Shown piece by piece: positions 1-10,057 of a stretch of 64,000 bases of DNA; the stretch's first letter is position 1; each line of letters starts with the position of its first letter. Under the pieces are notes generated by a model that was given only the letters and a program-made list of their open reading frames with translations, was not told the origin of the DNA and made no database searches. This DNA is from Nitrospina sp. LS_NOB. Its GTDB lineage: Bacteria > Nitrospinota > Nitrospinia > Nitrospinales > VA-1. The position numbers and the translations under genes were made by a program. Where the stretch lies: NCBI GenBank assembly GCA_001542995.1, contig LFLA01000003.1, forward strand, positions 78,195 through 142,194. Reading direction: 5' to 3'.

Positions 1-396
1 ATTGCCGATGCAATAGAAGATTTGGCCGTTTTACTGCGTATCAAAAACCTGGATACCCCAGATGAAATCAAGCCCCTTTTAAAGGATTTGGTGAGCCATA
101 TTGTCAATACGGCGCATATGGGTTGTGATCTGATTTCCGAGTTGGAAGCTTTGCTGGAGGCTTCTTTCGGTGGCGCTGAAGCGGAAAAAGTGGAAAGGGC
201 TACTCAGGAACTTGGTGCTGCCGAATGGGAAGCCGACCGCAAGCAGTTTCTACTGGCGAAAAAGTTGTTTGCATTGGGCAATGATTTAGGTCCTGCAGAC
301 TTGTTGTTATGGAATGAAGTGATCAAAAAGCTTGGTGCTGTTGCAGACAAGACGGAACAAATCGGTAAAACTCTTAGGATATTCCTTTCTCAATAA
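1..396 (+). CDS. DUF47-family (PhoU-like) phosphate-transport regulator, 5'-truncated by the window edge
   Basis: Frame 1 is open from nt 1 (IADAIEDLAVLLRIKN...) to the stop at 394-396. The C-terminus is helical and acidic, PhoU/DUF47-like. It lies 46 nt upstream of a PiT transporter, the usual DUF47-PiT pairing. Confidence 0.7.
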   Translation: MADAIEDLAVLLRIKNLDTPDEIKPLLKDLVSHIVNTAHMGCDLISELEALLEASFGGAEAEKVERATQELGAAEWEADRKQFLLAKKLFALGNDLGPADLLLWNEVIKKLGAVADKTEQIGKTLRIFLSQ

Positions 397-442
397 TTTA
401 ATTTCCCTTTAGCTTGTTTTCAATCTCGGCAAGGAGCCTGGT

Positions 443-1693
443 TTGGATTTAGACACCTTCCTGCTTTCATTCGCGGTGATCGCCTGTATCTATATGGCCT
501 GTAATATTGGGGCCAACGATGTTGCCAATGCGATGGGTACCAGCGTAGGCTCCAAAGCGTTGACCTTTAAACAGGCGATCATGATTGCTGCCGTCGCTGA
601 ATTTATCGGCGCTTTTTTTGTCGGAGGCCATGTTTCCGATACCATTCGCAAGGGGATGCTCGACCCAGCCGTGTTTGAGGCGGTTCCTTATCATTTAGTT
701 TATGGAATGATTTCTGCTTTGCTTGCGGCGGCGCTCTGGTTACATATTGCCAGTTATCTTGGGTGGCCAGTTTCTACAACCCATTCCATTGTGGGCGGTG
801 TTGTGGGATTTGGCGTCATCGCCGGAGGTATGGATGTCATACACTGGGGGAAAGTTGGCCAGGTAGTTTTGAGCTGGGTGGTGTCGCCGCTTATGGGTGG
901 GTTGGTTGCTTTTCTGGTATTTAAGTTTATCAATAGAACCGTTTTCAGCAAGCGAACTCCACTGGTCTATGCTAAAAACCTGCTTCCTTACATGGTGTTT
1001 TTTGTATTTGTGATTCTTTCCAACGCCATGGTTTATAAGGGACTGAAAAATCTTCATCTGGATCTTTCCTTTGGTCAGGCTTTGATTCTTTCTCTTATCG
1101 TGGGAGCTCTGGCTTTTACCGTTACAAAATTTTTGGCGCAAAAAATTCCTTACAACGCTTCCTGGGATCTCCAGAAACAATTCCATGAAACAGAAAAAGT
1201 ATTTAAATACTTGCAGATTTTAACCGCGTTTTATGTGGCTTTTGCTCATGGTTCCAACGATGTAGCTAATGCCGTCGGACCTTTGGCGGCTGTGGTGTCA
1301 ATTCTCAAAGATGGACAGGTGCATATGGAAGTTGTCATGCCGACCTGGATATTGGGAATGGGCGGGGGATTCATCGTTTTCGGGTTATTGATTTGGGGTG
1401 CCAAGGTTATGGCCACCATTGGAGAAAAAATTACGGAGCTCACTCCCTCAAGGGGATTTGCTGCGACGTTTGGTGCTGCAACAGTGGTATTGATCTGTTC
1501 CAAAATGGGACTGCCTATTTCAACCACGCATACCTTGGTGGGATCAGTGATTGGAGTGGGGCTGGCCAGAGGCTTGCCAACTCTGAATTTGGATATTATT
1601 AAAATGATCGCAATTTCCTGGATCTCGACCATTCCGTTTACGTCCATAATCTCGATGCTGTGTTACAAAATATTCTTGGTCTTTTTGCCCTAG
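443..1693 (+). CDS. pit: PiT-family inorganic phosphate transporter
   Basis: 416 aa and polytopic. It has the duplicated PiT signature GANDVANAMGTSVGS (N-terminal half) and GSNDVANAVGP (C-terminal half). TTG start as in the ORF track. Confidence 0.9.
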   Translation: MDLDTFLLSFAVIACIYMACNIGANDVANAMGTSVGSKALTFKQAIMIAAVAEFIGAFFVGGHVSDTIRKGMLDPAVFEAVPYHLVYGMISALLAAALWLHIASYLGWPVSTTHSIVGGVVGFGVIAGGMDVIHWGKVGQVVLSWVVSPLMGGLVAFLVFKFINRTVFSKRTPLVYAKNLLPYMVFFVFVILSNAMVYKGLKNLHLDLSFGQALILSLIVGALAFTVTKFLAQKIPYNASWDLQKQFHETEKVFKYLQILTAFYVAFAHGSNDVANAVGPLAAVVSILKDGQVHMEVVMPTWILGMGGGFIVFGLLIWGAKVMATIGEKITELTPSRGFAATFGAATVVLICSKMGLPISTTHTLVGSVIGVGLARGLPTLNLDIIKMIAISWISTIPFTSIISMLCYKIFLVFLP

Positions 1694-1724
1694 CACCATT
1701 TAGTTACCCAAAGGAGATAAAAAC

Positions 1725-1764
1725 AAAACCCCCCCTGGCCTTTCGGCCAAGGGGGGGGTTTTTA
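1725..1764. terminator. Bidirectional rho-independent terminator between convergent genes
   Basis: The stem pairs cccccccTGGCC with GGCCAagggggggg around a tttc loop. It is flanked by an A-run upstream and a T-run downstream. Confidence 0.75.
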
Positions 1765-1785
1765 TGGGATATGAAAAATCCCGGG

Positions 1786-2010
1786 TCAGTTGTAATTTTG
1801 TTTTTGCAGGTATTCCGGTAGAGCCCATTCCAGCTTATCTAAATCTGGATTGTAGTGAGCTAAAGCTCCGCAGAAGGAACAATACTCGATCCCAACTTCG
1901 TAGTCCAGGGTGACAGTGTTGACCCTGTGCTCACAAAACTTCTTTTTTATTGCCGGGGATTCGCCGTCCTTACCTTCAAACCATCCTTTAGAAATTGTTA
2001 AGTCTTCCAT
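1786..2010 (-). CDS. Hypothetical small Cys/His-containing protein (74 aa)
   Basis: The ATG at 2010 is preceded by AAGGAG at about 6 nt, while the ORF-track start at 2037 is a TTG without an SD. The protein (MEDLTISKGWF...) contains FCEH...CSFCG, a possible zinc knuckle. I recognise no family. Confidence 0.5.
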   Translation of the reverse strand: MEDLTISKGWFEGKDGESPAIKKKFCEHRVNTVTLDYEVGIEYCSFCGALAHYNPDLDKLEWALPEYLQKQNYN

Positions 2011-2202
2011 TACATCTCCTTGTTCTTGCGAGTTCAAAGATCACTGTCACTCTTAACTTTGATAGTGTCCCCTATGTTGAGGCACAATTCAAGCTTTTAA
2101 ATTAATCTCTGGTAAATTTTTATAGACTCATTTATTGATGCTTTTTTGTTGACAGAGGTGGTAGAAAATGGTTTTGCGGAGAGTGTTTGAAGGGCCGGTT
2201 TG

Positions 2203-3054
2203 TTAGACGGTTTGAAGAAAAATTTGGCTGACTTCTTCAAATTGAGCCTCTGCTTGCTCAATAATTAGTTCCAGGTGCGAGTCTTCGGATAACTGAACCG
2301 CGTCCCAAGCACTTTTCGTAAGCAAATATTTTTCTGATTCGTTATCAGAACCAAAAATAATCTTATGGCTGATGCTATCTGCCAGATGAATGGTGGCGGC
2401 TTCAAGGGGGAAATTTTGAGCCGATGAAGGAAAGTGATGATGGGCAACGGCTTCCTGTAAACTTTCAGGGAGATGCCAGGCTCTGAGGAGAGCACCGCCG
2501 ACACCACCATGGTCAAAACCAAAGTATTTGGCTTCGGCTTTATGCCAGCGGTTGCCGCTTTTTTCAGCAAAGTCATATACAATCTTGAGTTGATCGGGAA
2601 CTTTTAGGCACATTACCAAGCGGCCGATATCGTGTAGGAGTCCTGCTACAAATAATCTTTCCCCATCGTATTCTCCACGTGCTTCATGAATAGCCCGGGC
2701 AGACAACCCACAAGCAACACTGTGCTTCCAGAAAGACTCCATGTCTATCACGTCTATGCCCCTAAATTGCCCTATGACTGTTGTGGCCAAGACCAACTGC
2801 ATCAGTTGTTCTGTTCCCACAACTCCCAGTGCGTGCGTAACCGTATCAATTTCTCCACGGTAGCCATAAAATGCACTGTTAATAATTTTTAAGAGACGTA
2901 AGGTCAGGGATGGATCAATGCTGATTATTTCGGCAATGTCATCAAAGTCGAAGTTCTGGTCATCAACCACTTCCCGCAACTTATAGAAAGTGTTGGGAAG
3001 AGAAGCGAGCGGCTCATTTTCGTTTACTAAATCTTGAATATCAATCAAACTCAT
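2203..3054 (-). CDS. HDOD domain signalling protein
   Basis: MSLIDIQDL...LASLPNTFYKLREVV...IISIDPSLTLRLLKIINSAFYG...LHDIGRLV matches the HDOD/HD-related pattern. I chose the internal ATG (ORF residue 42) because the upstream extension is non-homologous. Confidence 0.8.
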   Translation of the reverse strand: MSLIDIQDLVNENEPLASLPNTFYKLREVVDDQNFDFDDIAEIISIDPSLTLRLLKIINSAFYGYRGEIDTVTHALGVVGTEQLMQLVLATTVIGQFRGIDVIDMESFWKHSVACGLSARAIHEARGEYDGERLFVAGLLHDIGRLVMCLKVPDQLKIVYDFAEKSGNRWHKAEAKYFGFDHGGVGGALLRAWHLPESLQEAVAHHHFPSSAQNFPLEAATIHLADSISHKIIFGSDNESEKYLLTKSAWDAVQLSEDSHLELIIEQAEAQFEEVSQIFLQTV

Positions 3055-3354
3055 AATAGAACAAATAAAGGAGGTATTTATAAATATCCCAAGTGGGATA
3101 AATTTGTTTTTATTTGTTCTCCCCAATTCTGATTCTAGCCTAAAAGGTAAATCTGTTCCACTTGTCAATTGTGCCAATCGTGTAAATTTTTAAAAGGGTA
3201 GGGATATTGAAGCAGGGAGGTGCGGAAAATCATTGATATTTTGTCAATTATCCGTGTTCATGTAAGTCTTTGGAGTTGGGATTTTTGCACTCATTTGTTG
3301 CAAGAATTTAATTGTTGTCCCCATCTTTGAGTGCCATGAAACTTCTTCCCCTGT

Positions 3355-3588
3355 TTGTGGGGGTTATTCTTTTCTCTCATGATTTTTGCGGTAGAGAATC
3401 GAGTGACTTATAATCATGTCATGTTCTTCACGGATCAAAATAAAGTATTGAGAATTTTTCTTTACCTCCTTTTATTTTTGATCAGTTTTCTGGTTTTTGA
3501 TTCTATAACCGTGGTGACAACGGTTTTTTTTGCGGTGGGAGCTCTGGATTATTTTTTGTTCAAGGCCTATCAGAAAGAGAGTCGTTGA
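3355..3588 (+). CDS. Possible small membrane protein (weak call)
   Basis: 77-aa ORF with two hydrophobic stretches in an AT-rich region. It has a non-ATG start and no recognisable family. Confidence 0.25.
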   Translation: MWGLFFSLMIFAVENRVTYNHVMFFTDQNKVLRIFLYLLLFLISFLVFDSITVVTTVFFAVGALDYFLFKAYQKESR

Positions 3589-3605
3589 TTCATGGAGATT
3601 TTTTG

Positions 3606-4406
3606 ATGAAAGTTTTGGGTCAGCTCCGCAAAATGAGCGTGGAAGTTCAGAATCCAATTGCTTATTTTTTAAGCCTGGATAAAAAGCCCTATCCCTTGAA
3701 TCCACATATTGGCAAGACTGTGGATTTAAAATGGTCGGGCACCATAACCTGCATCGAATGCGGCCGGAAGACCCGTAAATCTTATGATCAGGGCTATTGT
3801 TTTGTTTGTTCCCGGGACCTTCCTGAAAATGCCATGTGTTCGGTTCGACCGGAACTTTGCCAACACGAAAAAGGCAATGAGGCCGATCGTGAGTTTTGGC
3901 GCACCTATTGCAATATCGATCACTTTGTTTATCTTTCATTGACCAGCGGAGTGAAGGTCGGCATCACCCGACACTACAATATTCCAGACCGCTGGATCGA
4001 TCAGGGAGCTGTCAAAGGATTGATCATTGCCAAAGTTCCTGAAAGGGTTCTGTGCGGCCAGATTGAAGTGGCTCTGGCCAAACATTTTGCCGACAAAACC
4101 AATTGGCGTAAAATGTTGAAAGGGGAGGTGGGAGAGGTTGACCTGCTGGCTTTCCGTGACGAGGCGCACCAGCTTTTTCCGCAAGCATTAAAAGGATATG
4201 CCGTGACGGATGGGCAAGTTGAAGAGTTGGCTTATCCGGTTGAATCGGTTCCTGAAAAAATCTCCAGCCATAATCTCGATAAAATCCCGGAATTCACGGA
4301 TCGATTGACAGGCATCAAAGGCCAGTACCTGATTTTCGAACACAGGGTGATCAATATGCGCAAATACGCGGGTTACCATATGGAGTTCGATTTTCGGGAG
4401 GGATAA
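3606..4406 (+). CDS. DUF2797-like protein
   Basis: The ATG at 3606 has GGAG 8 nt upstream. Motifs CIECGRKT...GYCFVC, PELCQHEKG, KVGITR and RWIDQGA are typical of DUF2797. Confidence 0.7.
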   Translation: MKVLGQLRKMSVEVQNPIAYFLSLDKKPYPLNPHIGKTVDLKWSGTITCIECGRKTRKSYDQGYCFVCSRDLPENAMCSVRPELCQHEKGNEADREFWRTYCNIDHFVYLSLTSGVKVGITRHYNIPDRWIDQGAVKGLIIAKVPERVLCGQIEVALAKHFADKTNWRKMLKGEVGEVDLLAFRDEAHQLFPQALKGYAVTDGQVEELAYPVESVPEKISSHNLDKIPEFTDRLTGIKGQYLIFEHRVINMRKYAGYHMEFDFREG

Positions 4407-4420
4407 ATGCCAAAGGAATA

Positions 4421-4451
4421 AAAAAGCCGCGCTAAAAAAGCGCGGCTTTTC
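4421..4451. terminator. Bidirectional rho-independent terminator
   Basis: The sequence aaaaaGCCGCGC-taaaaaa-GCGCGGCtttt lies between convergent DUF2797 and the desaturase. Confidence 0.75.
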
Positions 4452-4474
4452 ATTAAATTTATAAGTGTGATAAG

Positions 4475-5389
4475 TCAGGCTGTCTGAGTGACAACTTTTC
4501 CGATAAATGCAGGGGCTTCCTTTTCTCCCTGATCCGGATTGGGGATCAACTGAGCCACTTTAATATCTTTGGCGAGGCCGAGTTTTTCCAGAACACAAAG
4601 GGCCCACCAGGTCATGTCAATTTCCCAGGGCCGCAAACCATGCCGGGCAGACTTGGGAAATGCGTGGTGATTATTGTGCCAGCCTTCCCCCCAAGCCAAA
4701 AGCCCAACCCACCAGCAATTGGTGGAAAGGTCGTCTTTGAGCGGAAAGGTCACATAGCCAAAATAATGTGCTGCGCTGTTCACCAGCCAGGTGGAATGGT
4801 AGGTCACCACTAACCGGACGAAGACTCCCCAAACAACCCAGGGAAGTCCGCCGATGGCGAGCAACATAAAGCCAAAGGCAAATTGAACTGAAATAAAATG
4901 TTTGTCGAGAAATTTGTAAAACGGGTCTTCACAAAAATCCTTGGTGTAGTCTCGAAGCACCTGTTCGTCATCAAACTTGGAATGGGTATGAAACATCCAG
5001 TTAAGATGTGCCCACCAGAAACCTTTTTTGGCGCTGTGCGGGTCTTCCAGCGTGTCTGAACCGGCGTGGTGCATGCGGTGTTGCCCGACCCATTTGATGG
5101 GGCCGTTCTGGCAGGCCAGTGTCCCAAACAAAACGATAATGTTTGCCATCCACTTGGGCGCGGTAAAACCCCGATGCGTGAGATAGCGATGGTAGCCCAG
5201 GCAGATGCCCAGTGAAGCGGTGACCCAGTATAGAAAAAACATCACTGCTACCGCGCTCCAGGAAAACGCAAACGGAAAAAAAGCGAGCAACGCCATGCCA
5301 TGCACAACGGCGAGCACGGTCGTGGCGATCGGGTTAAATTTGATTTGGTGTTTCTCAGCAGAATCACTGGTCATGGAAAGGCTCCCCAT
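4475..5389 (-). CDS. Acyl-CoA/acyl-lipid delta-9-type fatty acid desaturase
   Basis: It carries three histidine boxes, HRYLTH, HRMHH and HNNHHAF, plus N-terminal TM helices. An alternative ATG at 5374 has a better SD (GGGAG). Confidence 0.9.
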   Translation of the reverse strand: MGSLSMTSDSAEKHQIKFNPIATTVLAVVHGMALLAFFPFAFSWSAVAVMFFLYWVTASLGICLGYHRYLTHRGFTAPKWMANIIVLFGTLACQNGPIKWVGQHRMHHAGSDTLEDPHSAKKGFWWAHLNWMFHTHSKFDDEQVLRDYTKDFCEDPFYKFLDKHFISVQFAFGFMLLAIGGLPWVVWGVFVRLVVTYHSTWLVNSAAHYFGYVTFPLKDDLSTNCWWVGLLAWGEGWHNNHHAFPKSARHGLRPWEIDMTWWALCVLEKLGLAKDIKVAQLIPNPDQGEKEAPAFIGKVVTQTA

Positions 5390-5458
5390 TTAAAGGTTCT
5401 TACACAGATTCATGATATCCCGACTCGACAAAACGCTTTGTAAAAGTTATGTAATATC

Positions 5459-5595
5459 CTGCTAGCGCAGGGCCAACTGCAATAGCCCATTGGGCTGATA
5501 AACCGATTGGGCGCATGTGATATCGCCACACTTGCTTCATGCCCCGAAGGGGTAAAATAAAGACATTGCAAGTTGCCAGCGGAGGTATTCCGCAT
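5459..5595. repeat. Dispersed mosaic intergenic repeat, copy R1
   Basis: It contains ttcatgccccgaaggggta (also at 41669-41687, with one mismatch) and ccagcggaggtattccgc (also at 10724-10741, with one mismatch), plus attgc-containing segments shared with the other copies. Confidence 0.5.
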
Positions 5596-5686
5596 AATTA
5601 AGCTTTCAATTTAGGTCTGTAGCTTGGTAAAGTGGTAGAAATCAGAGGGTTGTGGGAAATGCAGGGTTATCGGAACTGGAAGGTGA

Positions 5687-6649
5687 GTGGCAATGGGTAA
5701 ATTACGAGCTTTGTTCCATCCCATCATGGTGTTTATCGGGGTTCAGATTGCCTGGATCGTGCTCATGGCGGTCTGGATCAACTGGTACCTGGAAAATAAC
5801 CTGGCGATCAAGGAGTTTGCCCAGGAAATCCGCCCGGATTTGTTCACTGCCGAAATTCAGTGGCTGATTTTGTTTGAAGGTTGTTTCCTGATGCTCCTGA
5901 TTCTCGCTGGGGTCTACGTGATCTTTGTTTACTGGAACAAGCAGAGCCGTTTGAACCAGATGCAAAGCAATTTTGTCGCCAGTGTTTCGCATGAGTTGAA
6001 ATCTCCGCTCGCTTCCATCCAACTCTACCTTGAGACTCTGAAGTACCAGGATGTCTCGAAGGAGGAAGAAAAAGATTTTGTCGAAACCATGTTGTCGGAC
6101 ACTCAACGCCTTTCCGGCTTGATCGATAACATTTTGCAATCGAGCAAGGCCGATCCCAAGAGTATGGCCTTGCAGTTCCAGCCTGTGAATCTTGGTGAAT
6201 TCCTTGAAGAAGTGGTTCAGGGTCATAAACGCCAGTTGGAGGAAAAAAATTGTCTGGTGGATTTAAAATTGGAAGCTTCTCCCACGCTGAACCTGGACCA
6301 AAAGGCCCTGCGTATGGTGTTCAATAACCTTATTAGCAATGCTATCCGGTATTCTCCTGTGGGTTGTCCGCTGAATATACATCTCCACAAAACTGGCAAT
6401 TACTGGGAAGTGAATTTTGCGGATCAGGGATTCGGATTTGACAAAAAAGACATGAAAAAGATTTTCAGAAAATTTTATCGAGTGCAGAATACAGACACGC
6501 AGAATATTGAAGGGGCCGGGTTGGGTCTGTTCATTTCCAGTGAAATTGTTAAAAACCATAAAGGCCGGTTGAAAGTTTCCAGTCCGGGCAGAGGGAAAGG
6601 TGCAATATTTTCCGTCTTGCTTCCGGTCAGCCGGGAAGTTGAGGCTTAA
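5687..6649 (+). CDS. Sensor histidine kinase (HisKA + HATPase_c, two N-terminal TM helices)
   Basis: H-box SHELKSPLASI, N-box NLISNAIRY and G-boxes DQGFGF...GAGLGL are present. GTG at 5687 or ATG at 5693. Confidence 0.85.
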   Translation: MAMGKLRALFHPIMVFIGVQIAWIVLMAVWINWYLENNLAIKEFAQEIRPDLFTAEIQWLILFEGCFLMLLILAGVYVIFVYWNKQSRLNQMQSNFVASVSHELKSPLASIQLYLETLKYQDVSKEEEKDFVETMLSDTQRLSGLIDNILQSSKADPKSMALQFQPVNLGEFLEEVVQGHKRQLEEKNCLVDLKLEASPTLNLDQKALRMVFNNLISNAIRYSPVGCPLNIHLHKTGNYWEVNFADQGFGFDKKDMKKIFRKFYRVQNTDTQNIEGAGLGLFISSEIVKNHKGRLKVSSPGRGKGAIFSVLLPVSREVEA

Positions 6650-6650
6650 A

Positions 6651-6735
6651 CCGGCTAGCCGCCGGGGGCGATTAGCGATAGCTTTAGTTGGCTGGCAAAG
6701 AGTTGTCTCGGCTTAATGAGTTGTTGCCACTAGAG
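6651..6735. repeat. Dispersed mosaic intergenic repeat, copy R2 (between the kinase and regulator genes)
   Basis: ggctggcaaagagttgtctcggctt is the reverse form of the AAGCCGAGA...TTGCCAGC module. It ends in gccactag as in the 8.7-kb array. Confidence 0.5.
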
Positions 6736-6790
6736 AAAAACTGAATAAATAGATACTTGCTTGAAGTAGTTATGAGAATCTGGATGAGTG

Positions 6791-7504
6791 ATGAATAATA
6801 GCGGAAAAAAAATTCTAGTCGTCGAAGATGAAGTCCATCTTGCCAAGGGATTGCAGTTCAACCTGGAACGAGAGGGGTATCGGGTCACTCTCGTTGATAA
6901 CGGTCAGTCGGCTGTGGATATTCTGGGGAAAGAGGATTTTGATCTGATGATCCTCGATATCATGCTTCCCAAGTTGAGCGGGCTGGAAGTGGCCAGGCGG
7001 ATTCGCAGTACCGACATGCGCTTCCCGATTTTGATGCTGTCTGCCAAGTCCGCCGACGAAGACCGGGAACTGGGGCTCGCCGCCGGGGCCGATGATTATC
7101 TGGCTAAGCCGTTCCACCTGCCGGAACTCCTGCTCAGGGTCAAAGGAATCCTGCGCCGCTGGGAATGGTACAAGGAACCGGTGCACGATCAGGAGACTTT
7201 TCAGTTTGGCGACAGTTGGATCAACTTTGCCAGCGGCAAAGCCAAAGGCTGTTCCGGGGAATTTTACCTGACAGCAAAAGAAGCGTTACTAATGAAGCTG
7301 CTGGTGTCACAAAAGGGAAATATCGTGACCCGCGAGGAGTTATTGGAAAAAGTTTGGGGTTATGACCCGCAGACCGAAACTCGCACGGTGGATAATTTTG
7401 TAGCTCGCCTGCGCAAATATTTTGAGAAGAAACCCCAGTCCCCCAAACACATCATCACCCATCGCGAAAAAGGCTACGAGTTTAAGTCTGACCCAAAGAA
7501 ATAA
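6791..7504 (+). CDS. OmpR-family response regulator (REC + winged helix)
   Basis: KILVVEDE...DLMILDIMLP...KPF receiver, with a C-terminal trans_reg_C pattern (VTREELLEKVWGYD...RTVDNFVARLRKY). Confidence 0.9.
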   Translation: MNNSGKKILVVEDEVHLAKGLQFNLEREGYRVTLVDNGQSAVDILGKEDFDLMILDIMLPKLSGLEVARRIRSTDMRFPILMLSAKSADEDRELGLAAGADDYLAKPFHLPELLLRVKGILRRWEWYKEPVHDQETFQFGDSWINFASGKAKGCSGEFYLTAKEALLMKLLVSQKGNIVTREELLEKVWGYDPQTETRTVDNFVARLRKYFEKKPQSPKHIITHREKGYEFKSDPKK

Positions 7505-7510
7505 ATTTTT

Positions 7511-8224
<714 letters not shown>

Positions 8225-8307
8225 TTATTCTCAACCTATAAATCTGATATAATTAATAACGGCTTCCCAGTGAGGAGGCAAGTTATTAATGACTTAGTTT
8301 TGGGTTG

Positions 8308-8601
8308 ATGATGGGATCAAAAAAGCTTGAAGTTATCTGCCCCTGTTGTGAAACCAAGCTGCAGGTGGACAAAAAAACCGGTGACGTGATCCGGGAAGAA
8401 AGAAAGCCCAAGCCCGAAGTCTCCCTCACCGATATGGTGAAGGGTCTGGAAAACCAAAAAAAAGAACAGCAGAACATGTTTAAGAAAAACAGTGAGAACC
8501 AGAAGGAACGGGGTCGGGTTCTCGATGAAATTTTTAAAGAATCGCAAAAGCATGTCGATAAATCCGGCGAAAGACCTCTGCGTGATTTCGATCTGGATTA
8601 G
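8308..8601 (+). CDS. Hypothetical Lys/Glu-rich protein with an N-terminal CPCC knuckle
   Basis: The sequence MMGSKKLEVICPCCETKLQV is followed by a charged tail. I recognise no family. Confidence 0.5.
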   Translation: MMGSKKLEVICPCCETKLQVDKKTGDVIREERKPKPEVSLTDMVKGLENQKKEQQNMFKKNSENQKERGRVLDEIFKESQKHVDKSGERPLRDFDLD

Positions 8602-8700
8602 TTCAGCACGACTACGAAAACCCGTCATCGCGAGCTCCTGGAAGGAGCGCGGCGAACCAGGTTTCTTGGGCCATAAAAAATCCAACCCTCCCTCAATCCC

Positions 8701-8927
8701 TCCCTATGAAGGGAGGGATGTTATTGTCTCTGGCCACTAGAAGCCGAGAGCATTGTTGCCAGCAGTAAAAAGATATTGCCCATTGAGTCCAGCGTCACGC
8801 TGGTCCCTATGAAGGGAGGGATGTTATTGTCTCCGGCCACTAGAAGCCGAGAGCATTGTTGCCAGCAGTAAAAAGATATTGCCCATTGAGTCCAGCGTCA
8901 CGCTAGTCCCTATGAAGGGAGGGAAGA
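8701..8927. repeat. Tandem array, 2.2 copies of a 103-bp unit (copy R3 of the dispersed family)
   Basis: Units start at 8701, 8804 and 8907 (the third is partial). Units 1 and 2 differ at only 2 positions. Each begins with the hairpin tccctatgaaggga and ends with tccagcgtcacgctgg. Confidence 0.9.
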
Positions 8928-8995
8928 TATAAATTTTTCAGAGGCCCGTGAGCAAAGCGAGCGTTGGCCTCCCATTGCCCCCGGCGGTTCGCCGG

Positions 8996-9760
8996 TTAGA
9001 GGGCGATCCGCATTCCATCGACAGCCAGTTCCACTCCCTCCGGCAGGTCCCGGGATACTTTTTCGTGATCGTAATGATGGTTGATGTGGGTCAGGATGGT
9101 TCTTTCCGGTTTAAGGTCTTTGACGGCTTCCAGAGCCTGGCTGAGGTTGAAATGGGTCGGGTGCGGTTTGAATCCGAGAGCATTCAGGATCAGAACCTTC
9201 AATCCTTTTAACTTTTCCCGCGTACTGTCCGGGATGCCGCTACAGTCAGTGATGTAGGCGCAGTTCTTAAAGCGGAACCCATTGATAATCAGCTTGCCGT
9301 GCTGAATGTCGAGAGGAGTGACGGGGATGCCGCCGAAGCTATAGGTTTTATCTTCCAACTGTGTTGGAATCAATTGCGGAATACCACCCCCGATTTGCTC
9401 GGCCTCTCCAAAAATATAGCTGAAATTTTTATTCAGGTGGTGCAACGTTTGTGCGTTGCCATAAACGGGTATTGCAGTTTTGTTGAAGAAGTTAAAACTG
9501 CGCAGTTCATCAATTCCGTGGACATGGTCGGCATGATGATGGGTGTAAATAACAGTATTGATTTCCCGGATTCCGTAGAGCAGGCATTGTTGCCTGAGAT
9601 CGGTAGTGGTATCGACTAGAATGGTATGGTCGTTTTGCCGCACCAGAATCGACGAGCGCAAGCGCTTGTTCCTCGGATCTTTTGACAGGCAGACCTCGCA
9701 GTCGCAACACAGGGAAGGAACCCCCGTCGAGGTTCCGGTTCCTAAAAACAGTATTTCCAT
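8996..9760 (-). CDS. MBL-fold metallo-hydrolase (PhnP-like)
   Basis: MEILFLGTGTSTGVP, a CxC...C cluster and THHHADHVHG (the HxHxDH motif). Confidence 0.8.
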   Translation of the reverse strand: MEILFLGTGTSTGVPSLCCDCEVCLSKDPRNKRLRSSILVRQNDHTILVDTTTDLRQQCLLYGIREINTVIYTHHHADHVHGIDELRSFNFFNKTAIPVYGNAQTLHHLNKNFSYIFGEAEQIGGGIPQLIPTQLEDKTYSFGGIPVTPLDIQHGKLIINGFRFKNCAYITDCSGIPDSTREKLKGLKVLILNALGFKPHPTHFNLSQALEAVKDLKPERTILTHINHHYDHEKVSRDLPEGVELAVDGMRIAL

Positions 9761-9770
9761 AAAAATATTC

Positions 9771-9885
9771 CAGCCAGCGTGACGCTGGACTCATTAGCAA
9801 TGTCTTTACTGTGTGAACAAGCGTTATCTTGGCCCAAAGAGCCGCTGCTAGTTGCTGCCACGGCTAGTGGGTGGAGTGGGCCACC
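9771..9885. repeat. Dispersed mosaic intergenic repeat, copy R4 (inverted orientation)
   Basis: ccagcgtgacgctggactcattagcaatgtctttactg is the reverse complement of the 3' module of the 103-bp unit. It ends with ggctagtgg. Confidence 0.55.
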
Positions 9886-10057
9886 TAAAGTATTGTAAGT
9901 AGGGTGTTCCAATGTGTCAAGGCAGGGAGGGGGATGAGTGGGATTAAAACCACCCTACGAGCTCGACAAAAATTGCTGATGGTAATTGAATGCCCTGTGG
10001 GGATTGTGATAGAGTAACCCGTCCATTAAACACTGATTCTATTTAGAGGAGCTATAT

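Noticed and set aside
8701-8927. Possible CRISPR array, because of the regularly spaced repeats
   Set aside because: The 103-bp units are directly contiguous with no unique spacers. The unit is far longer than a CRISPR repeat, and no cas genes are nearby. It is a tandem duplication of a dispersed repeat.
8492-9211. ORFs 8492-8740 (+) and 8948-9211 (+), and ORF 5410-5595 (-)
   Set aside because: They read through repeat elements or run antisense to the MBL hydrolase gene. They have no start context and their composition is repeat-driven.
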